DNA from: Sphingomonadaceae bacterium
GTDB lineage: Bacteria > Chloroflexota > UBA6077
DNA: 37,027 nt
Reading direction: 5' to 3'
Assembly: GCA_050261575.1 (NCBI GenBank)
Contig: JBLNDL010000042.1
Coordinates: forward strand, 62,001 to 99,027
How positions within the stretch are numbered: the first letter of the stretch is position 1; the number at the start of each line of letters is the position of its first letter. Below the pieces are notes generated by a model. That model did no database searches. It had not been told where the DNA came from and worked only from the letters and a program-made list of their open reading frames with translations. The position numbers were made by a program, and so were the translations under genes. This document shows positions 7,806 through 16,626 of this stretch, in pieces.

Positions 7806-10202
7806 CTACGGCGACGCCGTCTCCGGCAGACCGTACAGCTCGGCCACCCTGCGGTCGATCTCCCCCTGGATCGCCTTCACCTCCAGGTCGGCAGCGGGGT
7901 CAAGAGGCAGACCGTGCCTCTGCAGGATCGACTGGATCCGTGCGACAGCCGCCTCCAGTTGAACGCGCTCCTGCTCCGTCGGGACGGCTATCGGGAGCCG
8001 GTTCACCAGGGCGATCTTCACCTGCGCCAGCGTTCGCCCCTCCTCCTGCGCGAGCGCCCGATAGACCCACCGGAGCGTGGCTGAGTTGAGCAGCGCCAGG
8101 AGGTACCGGTACGTGAGCCCGAGCCGCCGCCCCAGCTCCGTGAGCAGCAGGGTGTGGAGGGTGTTGTCGGTGTAAACCCGCTCCTCTCCCTGAAAGAGGT
8201 GGCCCACGAACGGTTCGTCCCCCGTCTGCCGCATCAGCAATCGCTCCGGCACGTGGTGGTTCTCCTTCGCGCCGGAGAAGTGCCAGTACTCACCTCGGCC
8301 GGAGGGCTTGCCCCCTCTACCAATGCCTCTGAGTTCGGGCTTCGGGGTGTACGACACGTCCACGTAGCGATACCGGGCCTCCGGGTTCTCCCACCAGACG
8401 CCGTAGCGGACGATCTGGGTGCCCTGCAGCAGCCGGTGCAGGTCCCTGCCCGGGACGAGGTTCCTGAAGAACAATCGATGGCGGACGTTGCCGCTGTGGA
8501 TACCGGTGTCCAGGGCCGGAGCCACCACCGCGAGCCTGACGAAGCGCCGATTGCCCGCCGAGCGCGCCCCAGCGGAGGTGGTAATGCTGGGCACGGCGCT
8601 GCCGGCCGGCGCCGCTGCCCGCGTCGGGGACGGCTCACCGCGCTCATCTGGCCAGGCGGGTTCGTCGGGATCGGGTCCTCTGAGGTCGTGTGCCAGCAGG
8701 GTGCCGAACAGGCACCGTTTGGCCGGCGTGGGCTCGAAGAACACGGCACCGAAGGCCTTTTCGTATTCCTCGACTGGCACCGCCAGGAAGAGGCGTTCCA
8801 AGAGCCCCGGATTATCCAGGGCAGCCGTGCCCTCATCCTGTAGGCGGGCGTACCGGATGAGGTGGCCTGGGGCCGGGGGGCCCTTCTGGACGACCGTTAT
8901 CGCCGAGTAGACGACTGCAGGGAAGATCCGGGGGCCGATGGGCAGGATCAGCCTGGGCGAGTGCCGCAGCAGCTCCCTCCGCAGCGGCTCCTGCCTGGCG
9001 TTGGTAAGAAAGCTGCTGGAGGTGATCGCGCACTGCGTTCCCCCCTCCTTCAGCAGGGCAAGCCCCAGGTGAAGAAAGTGGACGTAGAGATCGTCGACGA
9101 ATCCGAAGCGGCGGCGCAGCCTGTTGGTGTACGCGCGGAAGCTCTCCCGAGCGTCGCCCGCCACGTGGTTTGCCAGGAGGTACGGCGGGTTCATCAGGAC
9201 AACGTCGAACCCTCCGTCGTCGAATGGCTCCCGAAAGGTGGCTCGCCAATCGATGCCGACCAGGCTCTCGCCCACCCGGAGGTTGTCGGCGAACGGGGAT
9301 CCACCGCCCTCCCGAGGGACTCCAGCCAGAGGAGGCCATCGGTGCTGGGCGAACGAGCTGTCCTCGCCGCGAGTGGAAGGTGGCTCCGCGCTGGCCGTCC
9401 AGTGCACCGGCTCGCCCTCCACATTCCGGTCCATGTCGGCCACGATCGACAGCCACAGACGAAGGCGTGCGATCTCCACTGCCTCCGCATCCAGGTCGAC
9501 GCCGTACAGGTTGCGACGAAGGATCTCGATCCCAGTTCGATGGGAGGAGAAGGAGCCCATCCCTACAACCGCCGAGAGGCACCTTCGCAGCCTCAGCAGC
9601 AACTCCAGCGCTCCCAGGAGGAAAGCTCCGCATCCGCAGGCGGGGTCGCACACCCTCACGCGGTCCACGCGCTCCAGAGCCGACAGTGGTTCTCGCAGCC
9701 CACTCGAGTCGAGCCGCCACACCAGCCGTTTCAAGGCGCCGTGATCCTCGTCGGGCAGAGCCCGCTCCAGGTGGTACTGCAGGGCCTGCCGCACCATGAA
9801 GCCCACAATCGTCTTTGGGGTGTAGTAGCATCCCTTCTCGTGCCGGCGGCTGAGCTGCGCCTCGTGGAGTCGGCTCAACAGCTCAGGATCGATGGCCATC
9901 GACCTGCTTCGGAGGCCGTCCTCCTTCGCTGCTAACTCGAAGGGGCGGATGAGTTCGTCCTGGATCAGCGCGATAGCCTCTTCGGGAACTGAGTGTTCCC
10001 CCGAGACACTACTCTGGACTTCGAGGCCGGTGGTTCTCTCGATGAAGGCGTCCCTCAGCAACCTGACGACGACCGAACCCAGGAAGGTCCGGATCCGCTC
10101 GGGCTCACCCGGAATCGTCTGCTCCAGCCGGTCGAGGATCCGCCGGTAGGAGCGGAGGAAGTCGTCCGTTCGGTCCGGCTGCCGCCGTCGGTCTCGAACC
10201 AT
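7806..10202 (-). CDS. Eco57I/type IIG-like amino DNA methyltransferase (probably m6A) with C-terminal TaqI-C/TRD-like region and no evident nuclease domain
   Basis: GCYYTPKTIV (motif X), VCDPACGCGAFL (motif I), NLYGVDLD, FDVVLMNPPY (motif IV), DLYVHF, C-terminal YLLALLNS..LPI. Confidence 0.85.
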   Translation of the reverse strand: MVRDRRRQPDRTDDFLRSYRRILDRLEQTIPGEPERIRTFLGSVVVRLLRDAFIERTTGLEVQSSVSGEHSVPEEAIALIQDELIRPFELAAKEDGLRSRSMAIDPELLSRLHEAQLSRRHEKGCYYTPKTIVGFMVRQALQYHLERALPDEDHGALKRLVWRLDSSGLREPLSALERVDRVRVCDPACGCGAFLLGALELLLRLRRCLSAVVGMGSFSSHRTGIEILRRNLYGVDLDAEAVEIARLRLWLSIVADMDRNVEGEPVHWTASAEPPSTRGEDSSFAQHRWPPLAGVPREGGGSPFADNLRVGESLVGIDWRATFREPFDDGGFDVVLMNPPYLLANHVAGDARESFRAYTNRLRRRFGFVDDLYVHFLHLGLALLKEGGTQCAITSSSFLTNARQEPLRRELLRHSPRLILPIGPRIFPAVVYSAITVVQKGPPAPGHLIRYARLQDEGTAALDNPGLLERLFLAVPVEEYEKAFGAVFFEPTPAKRCLFGTLLAHDLRGPDPDEPAWPDERGEPSPTRAAAPAGSAVPSITTSAGARSAGNRRFVRLAVVAPALDTGIHSGNVRHRLFFRNLVPGRDLHRLLQGTQIVRYGVWWENPEARYRYVDVSYTPKPELRGIGRGGKPSGRGEYWHFSGAKENHHVPERLLMRQTGDEPFVGHLFQGEERVYTDNTLHTLLLTELGRRLGLTYRYLLALLNSATLRWVYRALAQEEGRTLAQVKIALVNRLPIAVPTEQERVQLEAAVARIQSILQRHGLPLDPAADLEVKAIQGEIDRRVAELYGLPETASP

Positions 10203-10242
10203 CGAATGCGCTCCAAGGACGATGCGTTCTACGACAGTCCCC

Positions 10243-11043
10243 TCAGAATAGCGGCAGTTGGGCGAGATTCGCCCGAGAGTCCCACGCGAGACTGCGGCGC
10301 TCCCGCAGGGCCACGCTCACCTTCAGTCCCTCCACTGCCTCCTGCCTCAGCATCGAGAGAACGCAGTCCAGGGCTACCTTCGGAGAGTTGTTGGTCTGGC
10401 TCAAGTGGGCCAACCAGAAGTCGTGCGGTCGCCCCCGCGACATGCGGACGATCGCCCTGGCCGCGTCCTCGTTGGAGAGGTGTCCCCGCTCCCCGAGGAT
10501 CCTGGTCTTCAGAAAGGCCGGGTACGGCCCCCGCACCAGCATCTCCACGTCGTGGTTGGCCTCCAGGATCACCAGGTCTGCATACAGGGCGCGCTCCACT
10601 ACCTCGTCGGTCATCCGGCCCATGTCGGTGGCGAGCAGAACGGTTGCCGCATCGCTCCGCAGCACGAAGCCAATCGGCTCTCTGGCGTCGTGGGGGATGG
10701 AGAAGGCTTCCACAGTGATCTCCCCCAGCCGCAGGGAGTGCCCGACCTTGAGGGGAGACAGCGGCGAGGTAGCGGTGTCGCCCCCTCCGGCCTCCCAACA
10801 GCCGGGCGTGCACACCAGGGGGATCTGGAGCCGGTGCGCCAGATGCGCGGCCGAGCGCCAATGGTCGACGTGCTCGTGGCTGGCAAGCACCGCCGAAAGC
10901 CGCGAGAGCGGGATGCCCAGAAGCGCCATCTCCTGGGCGAGCTCGCGAGTGCCGATGCCGGCCTCCAGCAGGAGCAGACTCTCGCCCTCACGGACGAGGT
11001 AGCAGTTGCCCGAACTGCCGCTCCTGATGGACCACACCTGCAC
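10243..11043 (-). CDS. MBL-fold metallo-hydrolase, YycJ/WalJ-like
   Basis: GTG start gives MQVWSIRSGSSGNC. Motifs SHEHVDH, PHDA.EP.GF, ATDMG, LEANHD, GPYP..LK.RI...GHLSN, LAHLSQTNN. Confidence 0.9.
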   Translation of the reverse strand: MQVWSIRSGSSGNCYLVREGESLLLLEAGIGTRELAQEMALLGIPLSRLSAVLASHEHVDHWRSAAHLAHRLQIPLVCTPGCWEAGGGDTATSPLSPLKVGHSLRLGEITVEAFSIPHDAREPIGFVLRSDAATVLLATDMGRMTDEVVERALYADLVILEANHDVEMLVRGPYPAFLKTRILGERGHLSNEDAARAIVRMSRGRPHDFWLAHLSQTNNSPKVALDCVLSMLRQEAVEGLKVSVALRERRSLAWDSRANLAQLPLF

Positions 11044-11170
11044 GTCAGAACACCGCCAGGTTAGTGCCCGATGGCACGTAACTTGCGCCGACCAGGTAAG
11101 AAGAAGTAGGATTGATGGCCGATTCCTGGCCCCCACCCCAACGTGAGAGCTTGAAGGCGGGAGACCAGCC

Positions 11171-12055
11171 TTGCTGGAAGCGATACAGTTCTGGAACGAG
11201 CCCAACAACATGTCCCACTGGGACTACACCCTCGACCCCGACTGGAGCATCTTCGCTCGGATGGTCACCTACGCCTCTCAGGAGGTGCGGAAGGAAGCGC
11301 CGCACGTCACTCAACTCCTGGGAGGGCTCTCGCCGCTGGATCCCGACTTCGTCCAGTTGATGGGGCGGCACGGGGTGCTCGACCTTGTGGACGTCGTGGC
11401 TCTCCACGGCTTCCCCCTGGACTGGAACCTTTGGCAGATCGACGAGTGGCCATCCAAGATCGCCGAGATGCGCTCCGCGGCGGGCGGCAAGCCGGTGTGG
11501 GTGACCGAGGTCGGAGCCTCCAGTTTCGGGGCGGAGGAGGTCCAGGTCTTCGGCCTGCGCAGGACGGCGGAACTGCTGCTGCCCCTGGTCCCAAGGATCC
11601 ACTGGTACAGTCTGATCGACCTGCCCAATCACAAAGGCGCCATCACTCGCCACAAAGAGAGCGAGGGTAGCGCCTACTACCGGCACTTCTATTTCGGCCT
11701 GCTGCGCAGCGATGGCAGCGCGAAAAGGGCGCTGACGCATTTTCCGCCCGACTTGGGGATCTGTCAATGGATCGAGTTCGGCGACGAGGAGATGCTGGAC
11801 CTGGTGTGTAGCTGGCTGCCGCGTCTTGGGGTGAAGGCGCTGCGCACGGGGATCAGTTGGGCCGACTGGCACCGGCCGAACGCGGTGGCCTGGTTCGACA
11901 AGATGATGGCCCCATTGAGCCGCTTCGATCTCACTGTCACCCTCTGCTTCACCCCGCCAAGTCGGGGGATAGTCCCTCACCATACGAGCCCACCCCAGGA
12001 CGTCGGCGAGTTCGCCTACTTCGCCTGGGAGGTCGCGAGGAGGTACGGCGGTTAG
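11171..12055 (+). CDS. Clan GH-A ('beta-xylosidase'-like) glycoside hydrolase, apparently circularly permuted
   Basis: TTG start with GGGAG RBS. WNEPNN (acid/base), LGGLSP, DVVALHGFP, VWVTEVG (nucleophile), IHWYSLID, FGLLR, then GICQW, LRTGISWADW, LCFTP. Confidence 0.8.
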   Translation: MLEAIQFWNEPNNMSHWDYTLDPDWSIFARMVTYASQEVRKEAPHVTQLLGGLSPLDPDFVQLMGRHGVLDLVDVVALHGFPLDWNLWQIDEWPSKIAEMRSAAGGKPVWVTEVGASSFGAEEVQVFGLRRTAELLLPLVPRIHWYSLIDLPNHKGAITRHKESEGSAYYRHFYFGLLRSDGSAKRALTHFPPDLGICQWIEFGDEEMLDLVCSWLPRLGVKALRTGISWADWHRPNAVAWFDKMMAPLSRFDLTVTLCFTPPSRGIVPHHTSPPQDVGEFAYFAWEVARRYGG

Positions 12056-14155
12056 GTGCTGTTCTACGCCGACAGGCAGAAGACCCTGGACCCGGTGGAC
12101 GTCACCTCCCGCACGGTCGAGGCCGTGGAGCGCGCCGCCCACCGCCACGGCCGCCGGCAAATCTCCCCCTACAAGTGGGCTCTCGGATCCCACGCCGGTT
12201 TGGTGGGTGCCGTCGTCGACTTCGGGGAGCTGCACCAGGCGGTGGCGGACCGGCTCAACCAGACGAGAGACGAGCTCTCCCCGGAGTTGGATGCCTTCGT
12301 ATCGGCAGCGACGCTGCTGGGTCGCTGCGTCTATCGATCCTACCGAATCCTCGCGCGACGCCCGCCGGAACCAGTGTCGGCTCCGGCACTCGCGGGCGCG
12401 ACCGCATCGGGGGGCGCTGCAGCGGGGACGCGCGCACTCTTCCGAAAGTGGCCAGGCCTTCGGTCGGTTCATACTCAGCCGGAGTCCAGTGAGACGTGTG
12501 CGCAGCCCGGATCGAGCGACAGGGTCGCACCAGGCCCTCATCCTGAGACCGACATCGAGGGTCTCCTCAAGAGCGCGGCAGTCGCCGTGGCCGAGGCCGG
12601 TGGCTTGGCCAACGTAGGTCCCCTGCCGGCGCGCGTGCCCGAGGGTTACGCCTTCTACTCCCTTTACCCCGAGATGTACTTCGCCAGCGCCGAACGTGCG
12701 ATCGAGGCGCTCAGACCTTCGGGACCCGTCGTCGTGCTCGGCATTCGCAGCATCGGAGCCTCGCTCGCCCCGGCGGTCGCGGCGGTGCTGATCGAGCGTG
12801 GCCTGCCGGTCTGGACAGCGACGCTCCGCCCCCGCGGCCACCCCTTCGAACGTTATGTCGACCTCGGTCCGTGCATGGTCGCGCGCCTGGCCTCCGCCGC
12901 CAAAGCAGGTGCCACCTTCCTCGTGGTGGACGAGGGTCCCGGCCTCACCTGCTCCTCCTTCCTTTCGGTCTGCTCGGCCCTCGGCTCCATGGGGGTGCAG
13001 GAGGACAGGATCGCCATCCTCTCGGCCTGGCGCGGGTCGCCGAGCATCTACGCGTCGGAGGAGAGCCGGCAGCGGTGGAAGCGGCTGCGTCTGTTCTACA
13101 CGGATGCTGCCGAGGCATTCGACGGGTGGCGCGCCCTCCTCCCGTTCGTCCAAGCAGCCTTCCACCGCGCGTCGCCGGGGCACGATGGGTACGATCTGGG
13201 GGTTGCGCCCGAGATCGAGGACCTCTCGTACGGCCGATGGAGAGAGCGCTGCTATGCCTCGGCCGACCACTGGCCGGTGGTCCACCGTGCATCCGAGCGA
13301 ACCAAGCTGCTGATTCGTGATCGGAGGGGGGCCAGCCCCATCTTGGCGAAGTTCGCCGGGCTCGGGGAATACGGCCGCCAGAAGCACCTCCGGGCCGTCA
13401 CCCTGGCGAGGGCCGGCTTCTCCCCGCCCGTGGTGGGCCTTGCCCACGGCTTCCTACTCTACCGATTCCTCGAGGAAGCCCGTCCACTCGAGGTGGCGGA
13501 CCTGACCCCATCCCTCCTGGAGCGGATGGTCGACTACTACGCCTTCATCGCTCGCCGCTTCAGGCTGCCGGCCGCGCCGCGTTTCGACTCCCTCGCCCAG
13601 ATGGTGTCGTTCAACGCCCGGGCGGCCCTGGGGGCGGACCCAACCCCCTTCCTAGAGCGTTGGCGGCCGTCTCGCGATGCTATCGATCGGCTCCCCCTAG
13701 TCCTGCTGGACGGAAAGCCACAGCCCCACGAATGGCTGCGGGTGGGGACGCAGTCGCCACCCGTTTTCCTCAAGGCGGACAGCGCCGACCACTTCCGCGA
13801 CCACACCCTCGTGGGAGACCAAAGCATCCTGTGGGATCTGGCCGGCTGCTGCGAGGAGTGGGAGTTGGCTCCGGAGGAGCGGCGCACTCTGACGGAGCTG
13901 TGGAGCCGGAAGTCGGGCGATGCAGAGGGACCCCGCCTCCTGGAGTTCTACCGTGCGGCCTACCTGTCCTTCCGAGTCGCCGCCCTGCACTATGCCGTCC
14001 ACAGTACTGACGAAGAGGAGATCCGGCGATCGCTGCAGCACGAGCAGTGGAGGTACCGGCATCGGCTGGCCACGGTTCTTGCCCACGACGGTCAGGGAGT
14101 CGGGGTTGGGACGACCACGAAGGTCGATGCTGTCGTTGGCGATGCAGCGCAGTGA
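12056..14155 (+). CDS. Hypothetical protein with a PRTase-like central region and a kinase/phosphotransferase-like C-terminal region
   Basis: 699-aa ORF in the operon with GC-typical codon use. PEGYAFYSLYPE, VLGIRSIG, FLVVDEGPGLTCSSF, LAKFAGLG, DGKPQPHEW, KADSADH..WDLAG. Confidence 0.7.
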   Translation: MLFYADRQKTLDPVDVTSRTVEAVERAAHRHGRRQISPYKWALGSHAGLVGAVVDFGELHQAVADRLNQTRDELSPELDAFVSAATLLGRCVYRSYRILARRPPEPVSAPALAGATASGGAAAGTRALFRKWPGLRSVHTQPESSETCAQPGSSDRVAPGPHPETDIEGLLKSAAVAVAEAGGLANVGPLPARVPEGYAFYSLYPEMYFASAERAIEALRPSGPVVVLGIRSIGASLAPAVAAVLIERGLPVWTATLRPRGHPFERYVDLGPCMVARLASAAKAGATFLVVDEGPGLTCSSFLSVCSALGSMGVQEDRIAILSAWRGSPSIYASEESRQRWKRLRLFYTDAAEAFDGWRALLPFVQAAFHRASPGHDGYDLGVAPEIEDLSYGRWRERCYASADHWPVVHRASERTKLLIRDRRGASPILAKFAGLGEYGRQKHLRAVTLARAGFSPPVVGLAHGFLLYRFLEEARPLEVADLTPSLLERMVDYYAFIARRFRLPAAPRFDSLAQMVSFNARAALGADPTPFLERWRPSRDAIDRLPLVLLDGKPQPHEWLRVGTQSPPVFLKADSADHFRDHTLVGDQSILWDLAGCCEEWELAPEERRTLTELWSRKSGDAEGPRLLEFYRAAYLSFRVAALHYAVHSTDEEEIRRSLQHEQWRYRHRLATVLAHDGQGVGVGTTTKVDAVVGDAAQ

Positions 14156-14190
14156 TAGTACTCTACGGCTGGAGTGAGAGTTGAACGCTC

Positions 14191-15414
14191 ATGGCTGAAC
14201 GGATAGATGGCGCTCGTACCGTTGCCCTGGTCAATCCGCCCTGGGACTTCGAAGACTCGCGCTACTGGGCCTGCCGCGACCCGCACCTTCCGCTGGAGCT
14301 TCTCTACTCCGAGGCGCTCCTGAAAGAGGCGGGAGTCGACGCACGGGTCTTCGACGCCCATCTGGAGGGACTTCCTCTGAGGGACCTCACCGAGCGGGTG
14401 GAGGCCTATGCGCCCGACCTGATCGTGGTGACCACGGCCCCCACCTACCTCTTCTGGCGTTGCTGCCAGCCCGAACTGGACGTTCCCGCCGCCGCGAGCC
14501 GCGCCCTCGCTGAGATCGCGCAGGTGGTGGCCATCGGGCCCCACGGGTCCGCCACCCCACGGTACGCGCTCGAGGAGTTGGGCTGCTCGGCCCTCATCCG
14601 GGGGGAGCCGGAGCAGGAGCTGGTCAGGCTTGCGCAGGGGCGGCCGACCGCTGCCACGGTGTGGGCCGGACAGGGTGGCCCGGGCGAGGTGGCCGTGGTC
14701 GACGTGGAGCAGTTGCCTGCGCTACCGTACGACGGCTACCCGCTGGAGCTGCGGAGCCATCGCCACCACGTCTTTTGGGGGGAGGGGCGCGGGGCCGAGA
14801 TCGAGTTCAGCCGTGGCTGCCCCTACGGGTGCAACTTCTGCAACCGACGGTTCTTCCGCGGGCGCTACCGCCAGCGGCCCGTCGAGCGGGTGTTGGCCGA
14901 GATGCGGACGCTCAAGGAGAGGGGCATAGACTACGTCTACTTCATCGACGAGCTGTTTGGGCTGGGTCGCTCCGCCGCTCTGCTCCAGGCGCTCGCCGAG
15001 GAGCCTATCCTCCAGTTCGGCTGCGAGACGCGGATCGATCTGTGGGACGAGGCTCGGCTGGACCGACTCGCAGCTGCAGGGTGCGTGAGCGTGGAGTTCG
15101 GCCTGGAATCCCCGTTCCCGACCGTCCAGACCTCCCTGAACAAGGGCTACGCCATCGACGCCGACCGCATCCTCGAACTGATGGTGTACGCCAAGGCCCG
15201 CATTCCGTGGGTGCAGGGGGACTTGATGGAGGTGCCGGGCGCCGACGACGAGCTGAGGCAGAAGACGGAGGAGTGGCGGCAGGAGGCGATCGGCCGTGGG
15301 GTGTGGGTCTCCGAGCCCATAAAGCTGTTCCTCTACCCCGGTTCCGATCTTCACGACCGAACGTTGGGTCCCGTGAGTGACGACTCATGGATCAAGGCCA
15401 TGGAGCGCTCCTGA
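14191..15414 (+). CDS. B12-binding domain/radical SAM protein (TIGR04295-like, rhizo-twelve system)
   Basis: ALVNPPWDFE.S.YWACR.PHLPLE, TTAPTYLFWRC, GPHGSATP, SRGCPYGCNFC (CxxxCxxC), YVYFIDE, TRIDLW, GVWVSEP..LF.YPGS. Confidence 0.85.
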   Translation: MAERIDGARTVALVNPPWDFEDSRYWACRDPHLPLELLYSEALLKEAGVDARVFDAHLEGLPLRDLTERVEAYAPDLIVVTTAPTYLFWRCCQPELDVPAAASRALAEIAQVVAIGPHGSATPRYALEELGCSALIRGEPEQELVRLAQGRPTAATVWAGQGGPGEVAVVDVEQLPALPYDGYPLELRSHRHHVFWGEGRGAEIEFSRGCPYGCNFCNRRFFRGRYRQRPVERVLAEMRTLKERGIDYVYFIDELFGLGRSAALLQALAEEPILQFGCETRIDLWDEARLDRLAAAGCVSVEFGLESPFPTVQTSLNKGYAIDADRILELMVYAKARIPWVQGDLMEVPGADDELRQKTEEWRQEAIGRGVWVSEPIKLFLYPGSDLHDRTLGPVSDDSWIKAMERS

Positions 15415-15415
15415 A

Positions 15416-16573
15416 GTGCGCGTGCTGATGACCACAGACGCCGTGGGAGGCGTGTGGCAATACAGCCTCGCTCTCTCCAGGGGGCTGGCGGAGCGGTATG
15501 GCTGCCGCGTCCTCCTCGTGTGCCTCGGCGATCCTCGCATGGAGGACTTCCACGAGACGGTGCCGCCGGACCGCGTTGACCTGGAGAGTCTCCCACTACG
15601 GCTGGAGTGGATGCATGGCGGGCTCCGAGACGTTGGACGCGGGCTCGCCATCGTCGATCGCCTGATCGACCGCTGGCGGCCGGATGTGGTGCACAGCAAC
15701 CAGTTCTGTTTCGGGTTGCTTCGGCCCCGGCTTCCGAGGGTGGTGGTCGCCCACAGCGACGTGCTCAGTTGGAGCGCATGGCACCGTGGGGGACGCTCCC
15801 GATCCTCGTCCGCGCCGCCGGATCCCCTCGTCGACTGCCCCCCCGGCTACCAAGAGCTCGTCACGGCGGGGCTCGCCGGGGCCTCGACCGTGGTGTGCCC
15901 GTCCTACTTCATGGCAGGAGCCATCCGGGAGATCTACGGTGTCTCCTCCAGGGTGATCCACAACGGGCTGTGGCCGGACCTGTATCCCGCCCTCCCGAAG
16001 GAGCCCGTGGCCATCGTGGCCGGCAGGCTGTGGGACGAGGCGAAGGGGGCCGCTACCGCCGTAGCTGCGGTGGAGGGTTTGCCCATCGAACTGCGGCTGA
16101 TCGGTCCCACCGTCGGGCCATCGGGCGAGTCGACCTGCCTGCCGGACGGACCCAACGTGCGGTACCTTGGTAGCTACGGCTGGAGAGAGACGAGGGCCGC
16201 TATGGCAAGTGCCCGCTTCTATCTCGCCACGTCCAGCTACGAACCCTTCGGCCTTGCGGCGCTGGAGGCCGCCCTCTGCGGTTGCGTGCTGCTCGCCGCG
16301 GACACCCCCTTCTACCGGGAGGTGTGGGGCGACGCCGCCCTCTACTACCGGCCAGGCGACGGCGCCGGCCTTCGCTGCAAGCTGGACGGCCTGCTCCAGA
16401 CGCCCGAGGAGACGGATCGGCTCGGCCGCGCCGCGCGGGACCGTGCCCTGGCGCGCTACACAGCCGATCGAATGGCCAGCGACTACTACGCGGTTTACGA
16501 GGAGCTATCAGGAACCGGTCGATGCGCCCCTCTGGGCGTGCCCAGTTCTGCTGATAGCCGACCGCGGCAATAG
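15416..16573 (+). CDS. Glycosyltransferase family 4
   Basis: VRVLMTTDAVGGVWQY, VVAHSDVLSW, IHNG, GRLWDEAK, YEPFGLAALEAA (EX7E). GTG start 1 nt after the rSAM stop. Confidence 0.88.
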   Translation: MRVLMTTDAVGGVWQYSLALSRGLAERYGCRVLLVCLGDPRMEDFHETVPPDRVDLESLPLRLEWMHGGLRDVGRGLAIVDRLIDRWRPDVVHSNQFCFGLLRPRLPRVVVAHSDVLSWSAWHRGGRSRSSSAPPDPLVDCPPGYQELVTAGLAGASTVVCPSYFMAGAIREIYGVSSRVIHNGLWPDLYPALPKEPVAIVAGRLWDEAKGAATAVAAVEGLPIELRLIGPTVGPSGESTCLPDGPNVRYLGSYGWRETRAAMASARFYLATSSYEPFGLAALEAALCGCVLLAADTPFYREVWGDAALYYRPGDGAGLRCKLDGLLQTPEETDRLGRAARDRALARYTADRMASDYYAVYEELSGTGRCAPLGVPSSADSRPRQ

Positions 16574-16626
16574 AGGTGTCCGAAGATGCTCACGACGATC
16601 ATCTCGAAGGCGAGGGCCAACCGCTG

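Noticed and set aside
11057..11085. Imperfect inverted repeat in the divergent MBL/hydrolase intergenic region
   Set aside because: It is short, with a bulge and a mismatch, and could arise by chance at this GC content.
12053..12058. In-frame TAG directly followed by GTG, joining the hydrolase and the 699-aa ORF (possible amber readthrough or pyrrolysine fusion)
   Set aside because: A GAGGAGG RBS lies upstream of the GTG, both ORFs look complete, and no pyl genes are in the window. Abutting genes are the simpler explanation.
11045..13447. 800-aa minus-strand ORF and other long antisense ORFs (5695-6873, 30766-32181, 35332-36720)
   Set aside because: These are shadow frames of well-supported genes in high-GC DNA and carry no recognisable motifs.
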